A DNA stretch of 64,000 nucleotides, taken from NCBI GenBank assembly GCA_963713825.1, contig CAVQNG010000003.1:1056001-1120000 (forward strand), in the 5' to 3' direction. Shown here piece after piece: positions 18,403 through 27,354 of the stretch (its first letter is position 1; the number at the start of each line of letters is the position of its first letter). The position numbers were made by a program, and so were the translations under genes. The stretch is from an uncultured Acidobacteriota bacterium. GTDB taxonomy: Bacteria > Acidobacteriota > Thermoanaerobaculia > Multivoradales > JAHEKO01. The notes beneath the pieces were generated by a model, which had not been told where the DNA came from, did no database searches, and was given only the letters and a program-made list of their open reading frames with translations.

Positions 18403-20599
18403 ATGAGCCAGGAAGATGGAAAGCGGTCCTCAGAGAGCCCACAGAAGAAGCCTCGCTTGAGTCCCACCGCCAAGATCCTCTTGAGCCTTTCCCTCGGGAT
18501 CGGCGTGGGCCTCTTCTTCGGAGAGCCGGCGGGACGGCTGGGCGTGGTGGGAGATGTCTATGTCGGGTTGCTCCAGATGACGGTGCTGCCCTTCATCACG
18601 CTCTCTCTGGTCGCCAATATCGGTCGTTTCTCACTGCAGGACGGGGCGAAGCTCATGCGGGCCGCGGCGATCGTCATGCTGGGCCTCTGGGTCCTGGGTC
18701 TGATCACGATAGCGATCGTTCCGATCTCGTATCCTCCCTTCGAGACCGGTTCGTTCTTCAGCACAAGTCTGATCGAGGCTCAGGAAGCGCCGGATTTTCT
18801 GGGCCTGTATGTGCCTTCGAACCCCTTTCACTCGTTGTCCCAGAACCTGGTTCCCGGAGTGGTGCTCTTCAGCATTCTGCTGGGACTGGCCCTGGCGGGT
18901 CTCGATCGCAAGCAGTTGGTCCTCGACCAGATGGACGTCCTGATGCAGGGACTGATGGGCGTCAACAAGTTCGTCGTTCGACTGAGCCCTGTCGGAATCT
19001 TCGCCATCGCAGCCAGCGCGGCGGGCACGATCACGCTGGCGGAGTTCGGCAGGTTGCAGGGCTACATCATCAGCCACACCCTCCTCGCGGTCATTCTGGC
19101 GTTGTGGGTCCTGCCCATGGTCGTGGCGGTACTGACCGGACTGCGCTACCGGACGGTTCTGAGTGCGTCCAAAGAAGCGGCTTTGACTGCTTTCGTCATC
19201 GGCAGCGTATTCGCGGTACTGCCCATGTTGATCGACAGCATCGAGAAGCTGCTGATGGAGGACGACTGGGATCCGAAGGACTCGACGGTAGCACCGGAGA
19301 TCCTCGTTCCCCTCGCCTATCCCTTCCCGACGTTGGGTAAGCTCTCGAGCCTGCTCTTCATCCCCTTCTCGGCCTGGTTCGTAGGTAGCTCCATCGATGC
19401 GGGCCAGATGCTGGTCTTTCTGACTTCGGGTCTGTTCAGCTCGTTCGGCAGCCTGGTGGTGACCATCCCATTTCTTCTCGACCTGCTGCACCTGCCCTCC
19501 GACATGTTTCAACTCTTCATGATGGCCGGAGTCTGGTCGGCCAGGGTCAGCGATCTGCTCGGCATCATGAGTCTGTTGGCGTTCAGCATTCTCACCGCCT
19601 ACGCCATCAAGCGCAGGATCTCGATCCACTGGCGGCAGCTTGCCGGAGCACTGGTCATCGGTGCCCTCTTGATGGGTGGCGCGATGCTGGGGACGCGGGT
19701 CTACCTGAAGACCACCTTCGAGGGTGCCTACAAGAAAGCGGACATCCTGGATCGCATGCACCTGCTCGAGCCGCTGGTACCGGCGGCGGTCCTGGACGAG
19801 CCCGCACCCAACCCGATTCCTCTGCAGCCGGGGGAGTCGAGGATCGATCGGGCCCGGAGAGAGAGGGTTCTGCGAGTCGGGTTCGATCCACAGCGACTTC
19901 CGTTCTGCTTCTTCAATCACCGCCAGGAGTTGGTGGGTTTCGATATCGACATGGCGCATCGCATGGCAGCCGATTTCAGGGTGGAGTTGGTGTTCGTACC
20001 CTTCCGCAACGAGACCCTGGTGACGCAGCTCGAGGAGGACCATTTCGACATCGCCATGTGTGGGCTCGGCGGCACGTTGAGGCGGGCATCTCGGCTCATG
20101 TTCTCGGACTCCTATCTCGACGTGACGCTGGCGGCGGTAGTCGAGGATCACCGTCGCAAGGACTTCCTGAATCGGGCGACCATCGAGCGCATCGAGAACC
20201 CGAAGCTGGCCTTCCTCGAAGGGAGCTACTTCGAAGAGAGGATCAGGACACGCGTTCCCGATGTCGACTACGTGGCGCTCGAATCAGAGGCGGAGTTCTT
20301 CGAGATGTCGGGGGAGGTCGATGCTCTGGTGACGAGTGCCGAAGCCGGAGCCGCCTGGGCTCTGTTCCACCCCGGCTACGCGATGGTCAATCCCATCCGT
20401 CCGCCGGTGAAGATTCCCCTGGTCTATCCCTTGGGTTCCGACGATGGTTATTACTACTCGCTCATCAACGACTGGATCGATCTGAAGAAGAAGGACGGCA
20501 CGGTCGACACCCTCTTCGCCTCACTGGATCCTGGGCAAGGGGGCTGAGGACAGGCGTCCCCGGTGGAGTGTGATGCGCGACGTTCTGGGTTGGGAGTAG
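18403..20599 (+). CDS. Dicarboxylate/amino-acid:cation symporter fused to a periplasmic substrate-binding (PBPb) domain
   Basis: LLQMTVLPFI, PSNPFHSL, LSPVGIFAIAASAAG; C-terminal LRVG..LPF.F..LVGFDIDMAH. One frameshift near 20520; the corrected end reads HWILGKGAEDRRPRWSVMRDVLGWE* at 20599. Confidence 0.85.
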
Positions 20600-20622
20600 C
20601 TTTTCCCGCCCGCGCACCCAGG

Positions 20623-20678
20623 CTTAGGGGCTTAAGGGCTTAGGGGCGTAATGGCCTAGGGGCTGAAGGGCGTAGAGG
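20623..20678 (-). repeat. Octamer tandem array (CCCCTA[C/A]G family), 7 units
   Basis: + strand cttagggg cttaaggg cttagggg cgtaatgg cctagggg ctgaaggg cgtagagg. Confidence 0.85.
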
Positions 20679-20686
20679 CTTGAGCC

Positions 20687-20750
20687 GCTTGAAGCGGCCG
20701 GTGCCTCTGCCGGCCGGGGCGGGTGGATGGGGATCGACCTGTGCCGGCCG
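20687..20750. repeat. CGGCCGG hairpin repeat, homologous to the IS481 target site
   Basis: GCTTGAAGCGGCCGG-tgcctctg-CCGGCCGGGGCGGGTGGA, plus GACCTGTGCCGGCCG at 20736-20750. Confidence 0.8.
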
Positions 20751-20765
20751 ACGATCGTGCAGGGG

Positions 20766-21626
20766 CTACTGTGAAGAGGCCGGGAGCGAGTCGAAGAACT
20801 CCATGATCGCTTGGCCTGCCTCCTTCGGCCACAAGTGAGGGTAGAACTCACCGCGGCGATTCGTGTCCTCGGTGTGAGGGCACCAGACCACCGGGTTCAC
20901 GGCATCGGGAGGTCCGTAGCACTCACAATTCAGAGCTTGTGGTGGACACGACCGAGCCGGCGGCTCGAGGCCGTTCTGGTCGAGGGCCTGGTCTCTCGCA
21001 TGGAGGCCACGTGACAATGGGACCAGGTCGTCGTGGGGGTTGTGCAGGATCATGGCCGCCGCGGGGCCGCTGCAAAGGGAGCCCGCGATCGGCCCGCAAC
21101 GGTGCCAACTCCACGGATGACCGATCCACGGGCGCAGCCGAGGCTGTTGGCAAAGCTCGCGCCCAGCGAATGGCCGACGACAAAGACCTGGTCGAGATCG
21201 AGGCAGTAGGAGGAGCTGAAGAGCTCGAGAAGCGCGTCGAAGAAAGCGTAGTCCCGAAGGGAGTCACCAGACTGCCCGGGCTCATACCAGCTGTACTGGC
21301 CGTCCTCTCCTAGCAGCCCGGCGGGGTACACGACGATCGTTGGCGATCGTTGCGCTCTGCTCGATCTCGAAGTACCGCTGCACCTGGCCATTGGGTGTGG
21401 TGCGTCCGTGGAAGGCGACGATCAATCGGTGAGCCAAGGCCGGGTCGTACGACGACGGAATCGAGGTGATGAATTGGCGGCTCACGTCGCCAACGTCTGT
21501 CGTGGAGAGTGGGTCTACGGGTGGTGCGCTCCCACAGCCGTCGGAGCGGTGCCCTGCTGTGTCGGACCCGAAGCTTGGCGCGGCGATCTGCAGGACCAGC
21601 AAACAGATCGGTGCGAGGGTCTTCAC
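20766..21626 (-). pseudogene. Exported alpha/beta hydrolase (PHB depolymerase/LpqC-like esterase), frameshifted
   Basis: Fragments: SDGCG..LIVAFHG / IVVYPAGL..YCLDLDQVFVVGHSLGA (GxSxG) / MILHNPHDDLVP..PVVWCPH..YPHLWP. Confidence 0.75.
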
Positions 21627-22432
21627 GGTTTCTGGACCTGCCGTAGTGCCTCTTCGAACCCGTCGAGGTCGAACTCGACAGTCTCCGAACCCTGCGCTCT
21701 CGGGACGGTCAGCACCATCGTGGTGCCCAAACGCATTCGCCGCGCCAGGGCGAAGGTGATGTCGTCCGGGGGAAAGACGAGATCATCACCCGAACCGGCT
21801 TGCAGGGTCGATGCGAGACCGCCCGTAACGAACTCCCCATCGATCAAAAACGCTACCTCGCCGGACGGTGTGAAGGGACCACCCTCAACGAGTATCTCCG
21901 GGGACTCGTCCATTCCTCGTTTCACTCTCAGGATCGTTGGTACCGAGCCGCCACGGCCATACTGGTAGGCGCTATTGCACAATCCGGATTCACAAAAGAC
22001 ACTCCAGGCGCCGAAAGAGTACTCACCAGATTCAACAATCTCTTGATCATCCTGCGGTGGTGCTCCTTCGGTTAGATAGCGGCCCGCGACCCAGCCGGTT
22101 GTTCCGGCGTAACGAATCTTGCACCAGCGGTTGAATCTGGCTTGCTCGCGCTCGGTTTCGGTGGCTTTCTCCCATTCGGCGAAGCTCATTTTGCCGGTGC
22201 AACCGAGGTTGCGCAATCCCTGGGCGTTGGTTGGAACCTCACCGATCTTCTCTGCGGATGCCGCCGGTTCGGCTCGGATATTGAGCACGTCGTTGGCGCC
22301 TACGCCGGTCACCGTCCACCAATCCGGCCCGTCGGCCTCGGCCTGTGCAGCCGAGGTCATGGACAGGAGGGCAATCGACATCACTGCGATCAAGCTCGCA
22401 CCTCCACGAGTGCTCGTAGCGGGTCTCTTCAT
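21623..22432 (-). CDS. Exported SH3b + invasion-associated locus B (IalB)-like protein
   Basis: ADGPDWWTVTGV..NDVLNIRAEP...WCKIRY.G..GWVAGRYL (SH3); FGAWSVFC...FDLDGFEEAL (IalB-like). Confidence 0.7.
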   Translation of the reverse strand: MKRPATSTRGGASLIAVMSIALLSMTSAAQAEADGPDWWTVTGVGANDVLNIRAEPAASAEKIGEVPTNAQGLRNLGCTGKMSFAEWEKATETEREQARFNRWCKIRYAGTTGWVAGRYLTEGAPPQDDQEIVESGEYSFGAWSVFCESGLCNSAYQYGRGGSVPTILRVKRGMDESPEILVEGGPFTPSGEVAFLIDGEFVTGGLASTLQAGSGDDLVFPPDDITFALARRMRLGTTMVLTVPRAQGSETVEFDLDGFEEALRQVQKP

Positions 22433-22497
22433 CACCCTGCCGGTCCTTTCCCCAGTGGCCCAGTTCGTCGACTCGAACAACCGTGGGGTCTTGTCTC

Positions 22498-23124
22498 TCA
22501 CTTCTTGCTGGGGCGAACGTTGGTCAGTTTTACCGGCTGTGACGAGAAGTTGGTGACCCCGATCTTGTCTTCGGACTCGTTCCAGACCAGTTCGGTACCG
22601 ACCGATGCGACACCCTCGCCATTGCCGGAGGAATCGAGGTTCAGAACGATGACGGTGACGTCGAAGTCTTGAGCCTGGGAGCCGGTGTAGACCTCCGAAA
22701 AGGTCACCGGTCGTTCGAGGCCGAGAATGATCTGCCGGCCGCTGCTGGTTTCGAACTCTCGCGCATACCGAATGGGCCAACCCTGCTCGCCCATGAGGAA
22801 CAGAACGCCCGCCTTGCCCAGCTTTCTCAGCGTCGTCGAGACCCCGCGCATTGAACGGTTGCGCGAATTATCGGTGGCCTCTTTGATCGCATCCAGGACC
22901 GTCTCGCGATCCTCGTCGCTCGTCCAGCCATAGATGTTCATCGTCAGGATCGAGGAGTTCGCCTGGCCAGGACTATCCATGACCATCACGTTGGCGGTGA
23001 AGCTCTCGATGATCTCCTTCTTCTTGGCCTGCGAGGGAGCAGGGGCAAGCAGCGCTGCGATGAGCAGCACTGCAGCCGTCACCGTTGCGAAACTGCTGAC
23101 ACGGTTTCTCGAAATATCCGTCAT
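22498..23124 (-). CDS. Exported hypothetical protein (paralog of 17682-18272)
   Basis: AGGAG RBS; signal peptide ending PSQA; strong similarity to the frameshifted paralog. Confidence 0.8.
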   Translation of the reverse strand: MTDISRNRVSSFATVTAAVLLIAALLAPAPSQAKKKEIIESFTANVMVMDSPGQANSSILTMNIYGWTSDEDRETVLDAIKEATDNSRNRSMRGVSTTLRKLGKAGVLFLMGEQGWPIRYAREFETSSGRQIILGLERPVTFSEVYTGSQAQDFDVTVIVLNLDSSGNGEGVASVGTELVWNESEDKIGVTNFSSQPVKLTNVRPSKK

Positions 23125-23265
23125 CTGGATCTCCTTGAGACTTGTATGGAAAGCAGCAGGGGTTTGCTGGTTTCTAGCGCTCCAACACAACTACCCTAGC
23201 GCTACGAAGCGAAAGCAGCAAGAGTTGCACCAGCAGTCTCTTGGCAGGCTGCATCCACGGCTTGA

Positions 23266-23319
23266 TGTAGGGGCGGGGCTTGCCCCCGCCCGCGGGAGGG
23301 CGCAAGGCCCTCCCCTACA
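23266..23319. repeat. GTAG-type REP doublet (REPIN-like)
   Basis: TGTAGGGGCGGGGCTTGCCCCCGCCC-GC-GGGAGGGCGCAAGGCCCTCCCCTACA: two inverted GTAG-headed palindromes. Confidence 0.85.
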
Positions 23320-23335
23320 ATTCTCGGTGCCTGTG

Positions 23336-24685
23336 CTAAGGCCCGAGTAGCCCCTTGATCTCCTCCTCTATCTGCACCTCGTCGCCCTCTTCGAAGCCGA
23401 TGTGGGAGAAGAGGATTCGCCCCTCCCGATCCACCAGATAGGAGGTCGGAAAACCGTAGATCTTGAGCTTGGAGGCGACGACGTTGTCGTCGCCTTCGTT
23501 GTCTTCCAGAAGGTGATAGGTGAGATTGTTCTCGGCAATGAATTCGACGGAGCGCTCGGTGTCGTGCTCGGAGTCGATCGCGATGACTTGAAGACCCTGG
23601 TCCCTGTACTTCTGCCACAGTGGCTCGAGGCGTGGTAACTCCACGCGACAGCCCCCTCACGTGGGGTTCCAGGCGGCGATCAACATGACGTCCCCGATGT
23701 GCTCAGTGGACTTGAACGTCTCACCTTCGTAATTGGGGAGTGCGAACTGCGGCAGCGGCTTGGAGTATTCCTGACGCAGGGCCCAGAGGCGCTCCTCGAG
23801 CCCTTCTTCACTTCCGTGAGTGGCGCTCCAGGCCTCGGCGAACGTCTCCTTGGCTTCCTTGGAACCAAACAGAGCTTCCGCGTTCAGCTTGTCCATTGCC
23901 GCAACGGGCTCACCTTGAAGTAGCAAGGTCTTGCCCCAGTAGAGATGGAGCGGCGTCTCGTCGACACCCAACAGAGAATACGAAGTGTCGTCTACGCCGC
24001 TGGCAAAGGAGGCCAGGGCCGCCTCGTGCTGGCCCAGGTTCTCCTGAGCCCAGCCCTGGTACGCCTGGCAGTAGGCATTGCGACGCTGACCAGCTCGCGC
24101 CGCATACTCATCGCTGAGGTCGGGCCATTGGGCCTTGAAGGCCTCTGGCGTCGCGAAGGCCAGGCCGTCCTCGGCTTGCTCGATGACCAGATTCCAGGCT
24201 CCGGCCTCGGTGGCCAGCTCCATGAGCTCGAGGTGGTCGGTGAACTGGAAATCGTGCTCTTCAGCCATCGAGCTGGCTAGCTCGCTGAGCTCCTCGAGCC
24301 GTCCCGTCTTGGAGTGCAGAACCGCCAGTTGCATCTGGGTCTCGAGCCTGGCGTCGGGATCCTCGACCTGATTCAGGGTCTCTGTCACCAACTCGTAGGC
24401 GTCATCCGGGCGATCGAGGCTCTCCGTATAGTGGTAGACCGCAGAACTCAGGAAGTCCCCCGTGTGATCACTGTCGGGGTAGCGTGCCAGGAAGTCCTGC
24501 GCCAGCCCCACTTTGACCTCCGGATCCTCGGTTTCTTCCCAGATCGCCCAGGTCTCCTCAGCAGCCTGGTCGACCTCGGACAGCTCTTCTGCGGGGCTGT
24601 CGGCTGCTGGTGGCTCGGATTGGCCGCATCCCAACGCGGCCAGCAGCGCAACACACAGCAGCCACGTCCGGTTCTGCTTCTTCAT
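23336..24685 (-). CDS. Selenocysteine-containing TlpA/redoxin lipoprotein with N-terminal helical (TPR-like) region, 449 aa
   Basis: ORFs 23657-24685 and 23336-23644 are in the same frame, separated by TGA (23657-23659): LPQFALPNYEG...IAAWNPT-U-GGC-RVELPRLE...YGFPTSYLVDREGRI. Lipobox LAALGC. Confidence 0.88.
23622..23653 (-). promoter_or_regulatory. Putative bacterial SECIS element
   Basis: GGCT-gtc-GCGTGG-AGTTA-CCACGC-ctcg-AGCC; the apical loop starts 16 nt after the UGA and has G at its second position. Confidence 0.7.
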
Positions 24686-24924
24686 GAATTCTCCTCCAAG
24701 TTCGGTTCAATGAAGATCAAGGCGTAGTCGAATATCAGAAGCTGCCGGCCGAGGGCTTCGGTCGGCAGCTGTCTCCTAGCTACTTAGACGCAGGAACAGG
24801 GTAAAGGGTTTGCCCAAGTTTGCTCGGTTTGACCAACCGAGCTGCAATAGGTCACAGGCGCCACGGTTTCTGAGTTTGACTGTCGAGTCTTTGCGAGCGT
24901 GCCGCTTCGGGTTAGTGTTACCTG

Positions 24925-24959
24925 CCAGGACCCAGGACCCAGGACCCAGGACCCAGGAC
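24925..24959 (+). repeat. Heptamer tandem repeat (CCAGGAC)x5 forming the RBS of the ABC ATPase
   Basis: Five perfect units; the last AGGA is 5 nt from ATG 24964. Confidence 0.95.
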
Positions 24960-24963
24960 CCTC

Positions 24964-25665
24964 ATGATCTCCATCTCCGAACTCCGCTTTCACTACTCCC
25001 AGGGTGGATTCGCCCTGTATGTGCCCGAGTTGGTGGTTGAATCGGGTGAGCGAGTCGCCGTCATCGGACCCAGCGGATCCGGCAAGACCACCCTGTTGAA
25101 CCTCATCGCCGGGATTCACTCGCCGCAGTCGGGCAGTGTGATCACCAACCAAGTGGACATCTCGGGCCTCGCCGACGGGGCGCGTCGCGATTTCAGGATC
25201 CGCAATATCGGCCTCGTCTTCCAGGAATTCGAGCTCCTGGAGTATCTGAATGTCGTCGACAACATCCTCCTGGCCTACAGGATCAACGGGTCGCTCGAGC
25301 TGAACAAGGAGGTTCGCCAGAGGGCAGTCGAGTTGGCAGAGATGATGGGCATCGGCGACAAGGTGAGCCGCAACGTCCGGCGGTTGTCGCAGGGAGAAAA
25401 ACAACGCGTCGCCGTGTGCCGGGCACTGCTCGCCGAGCCGCCGTTGCTTTTGGCGGACGAGCCCACCGGTAACCTCGATCCGACCAACAAGGACAAGGTC
25501 CTGGACATCCTGATCGAGTACGCCGAGTCGAAGGGCTCGACCCTGGTCACCGTCACCCACGATCACGACCTTCTCTCCCGCTTCCAACGCGTCATCGACT
25601 TCAAACAGTTCTACGACCTCCCAGCGCAGAACCCCAGGACCCAGGACCCAGGACCCAGGACCTGA
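24964..25665 (+). CDS. ABC transporter ATP-binding protein (LolD/MacB-like)
   Basis: GPSGSGKT, LSQGEKQRVA, LLADEPTGNLD, VTHD. Confidence 0.95.
   Translation: MISISELRFHYSQGGFALYVPELVVESGERVAVIGPSGSGKTTLLNLIAGIHSPQSGSVITNQVDISGLADGARRDFRIRNIGLVFQEFELLEYLNVVDNILLAYRINGSLELNKEVRQRAVELAEMMGIGDKVSRNVRRLSQGEKQRVAVCRALLAEPPLLLADEPTGNLDPTNKDKVLDILIEYAESKGSTLVTVTHDHDLLSRFQRVIDFKQFYDLPAQNPRTQDPGPRT
25634..25661 (+). repeat. Heptamer tandem repeat (CCAGGAC)x4 at the ATPase/permease junction
   Basis: Encodes the ATPase tail PRTQDPGPRT and is followed by C-TGATG (stop/start overlap). Confidence 0.95.
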
Positions 25666-26846
25666 TGAGAGACACCCTCTATCTCGCCTGGCGCTATCTC
25701 GCGCACCACCGGATCAAGACGGCGATCCTGGTGGGCTCGCTGACGCTGATCACGTTTCTGCCGGTCGGGTTGAATGTGATCGTGGGTCAGAGCGCAAGGG
25801 AGCTCACCTCCCGGGCGGAAGCGACACCGCTGCTGGTCGGGGCCAAGGGAAGCCCTTTGGAGTTGGCGCTCAACTCCCTCTATTTCGAATCCGACACGCC
25901 CACGCTGACCACCTACTCGGAGGCAGTACGGATCGAAGAGACAGGCCTGGCAATGCCCATTCCGCTCTATGTGCGCTTTCGGTCGCGCGATTATCCAATC
26001 GTCGGGACGACCTTGGAGTACTTCGACTTTCGCGGTCTCGAGGTTGCCTCGGGCCGCTCGATGGCTGTCCTTGGGGAATGTGTTCTTGGATCCAGGGTAG
26101 CGGCTGATTTGGACGTCGGACCGGGCGACACGGTTGTCTCGTCACCGGAGAGCGTCTTCGACCTGGCAGGGGTCTATCCCTTGAAGATGCAGGTCGTCGG
26201 TGTTCTGGGGCCGTCGTACACGGCGGACGATGGGGCCATTTTCGTCGACCTCAAGACCACCTGGGTCATCCAGGGTCTGGTCCATGGGCACCAGGACATG
26301 GATGCGCCAGAGGCCGCCTCAGGAGTACTGAAGCGCGAGGGAGACACCATCACCGCCAACGCCTCGGTAGTCCAGTACAACGAGATCACCTCTGACAATG
26401 TGGACTCCTTCCATTTCCACGGTGGCATGGATGGATATCCGATCTCGGGTGTCATCGCGGTGCCGCACGATCAGAAATCAGGCACCATTCTCATGGGCCG
26501 CTACGAGGCTAGCGACGACATCAGCCAGATCGTGCAACCGGCAACGGTGATGAACGACCTGCTTGGAACGATTCTGACGATCCGAGAGTTCGTGGTGGCG
26601 GCTCTGCTCCTGGTGGCCATCGCCACCCTGGCAACTGCCGCCTTGGTTTTTCTCCTTTCGCTGCGCCTGCGACGCCGAGAGATCGACACCATGAGCAAGA
26701 TTGGCGGCTCGCGACTCAGCATCGGGACCCTGCTCGTCTCCGAGATCGTCGCGGTCCTTCTGGCCGGAGTTCTCCTGGCGGGCTTGCTCACCGTGTTGAC
26801 GGCGCAGTTTGGAGAAGGGCTGATCAGGGCGTTGTTGTTGGGATGA
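25665..26846 (+). CDS. ABC transporter permease (MacB/FtsX family)
   Basis: LAWRYL, LVGAKGSPLEL.LNSLYF, periplasmic domain, RRREI..M.KIG, C-terminal TMs. Confidence 0.9.
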   Translation: MRDTLYLAWRYLAHHRIKTAILVGSLTLITFLPVGLNVIVGQSARELTSRAEATPLLVGAKGSPLELALNSLYFESDTPTLTTYSEAVRIEETGLAMPIPLYVRFRSRDYPIVGTTLEYFDFRGLEVASGRSMAVLGECVLGSRVAADLDVGPGDTVVSSPESVFDLAGVYPLKMQVVGVLGPSYTADDGAIFVDLKTTWVIQGLVHGHQDMDAPEAASGVLKREGDTITANASVVQYNEITSDNVDSFHFHGGMDGYPISGVIAVPHDQKSGTILMGRYEASDDISQIVQPATVMNDLLGTILTIREFVVAALLLVAIATLATAALVFLLSLRLRRREIDTMSKIGGSRLSIGTLLVSEIVAVLLAGVLLAGLLTVLTAQFGEGLIRALLLG

Positions 26847-26877
26847 GAAGGGCTTGGGTCCTGGGCCCTTGGGAGGG

Positions 26878-26909
26878 CTTAGGGGCGTAGGGGCTTTAGG
26901 GCGTAGGGG
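26878..26909 (-). repeat. Octamer array; left arm of a 30-bp inverted repeat
   Basis: Reverse complement of 26880-26909 is CCCCTACGCCCTAAAGCCCCTACGCCCCTA. Confidence 0.9.
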
Positions 26910-26915
26910 GTGAGC

Positions 26916-27275
26916 TTAGGAGCTGGTTCTGCGAACGCGAATCAAGGCAGTGAGAGCAGCGGAGGTTCTACGACAGAGAACCTCCAGTTCCTCGAAGGCC
27001 TCCCCGCCAAGGAAACCGAGATCGCGACTGAGCTTGATGTAGTAGCTCAATTCTCGAAGCGACCCGAGGGCACATTCGAGGAATCGAGCGTACTCCTTTT
27101 CGCTAAATCGGGCGCAGCCTTCGACAATGTTCGCAGAGACCGAGACGGCACTTCTTCGCATTTGAGATACGAGGCCATAGCGCTCATGTCCGGGGAAGTG
27201 CTTCGTCTCGCGGTATGTAAGGATTACGAGACTGTGGGCGAGCTTGAAGGTGCTCAGCTTTCGGTGGTCTCTCAC
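26916..27275 (-). CDS. Four-helix-bundle protein (23S rRNA IVP / Avd-like family)
   Basis: GTG start; RDHRKL..F.LAH, FPGHERYGLVSQMRRSAVSVSANIVEG, YARFLECALGSLREL. Confidence 0.92.
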   Translation of the reverse strand: MRDHRKLSTFKLAHSLVILTYRETKHFPGHERYGLVSQMRRSAVSVSANIVEGCARFSEKEYARFLECALGSLRELSYYIKLSRDLGFLGGEAFEELEVLCRRTSAALTALIRVRRTSS

Positions 27276-27354
27276 TGTTCGATCGCGCCCTCTTGGAGTG
27301 ACGAAAAAGGGGCACAAGTTCTTCTAGTGGCACTAACTGTGGAGAAGCAGACTC

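Noticed and set aside
18631-20151. Long antisense ORFs (e.g. 18631-20151, 57438-58619, 42813-43694, 24784-25587)
   Set aside because: Shadow ORFs of well-supported genes, expected in high-GC DNA, with no recognisable motifs.
11812-21400. Programmed frameshifting or recoding
   Set aside because: Too many shifts per gene, in both directions, with no slippery-site pattern.
24740-24842. Hairpins in the divergent selenoprotein/ABC promoter region as a metal riboswitch
   Set aside because: Only generic stems; no NiCo, yybP or cobalamin consensus was recognisable.
24925-25661. CRISPR array
   Set aside because: The repeats are 7-8-nt tandem units without unique spacers, and there are no cas genes.
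26916-27275. Diversity-generating retroelement (Avd-like gene) or 23S rRNA intervening sequence
   Set aside because: No reverse transcriptase, no TR/VR pair differing at adenines, and no rRNA sequence seen in the window.
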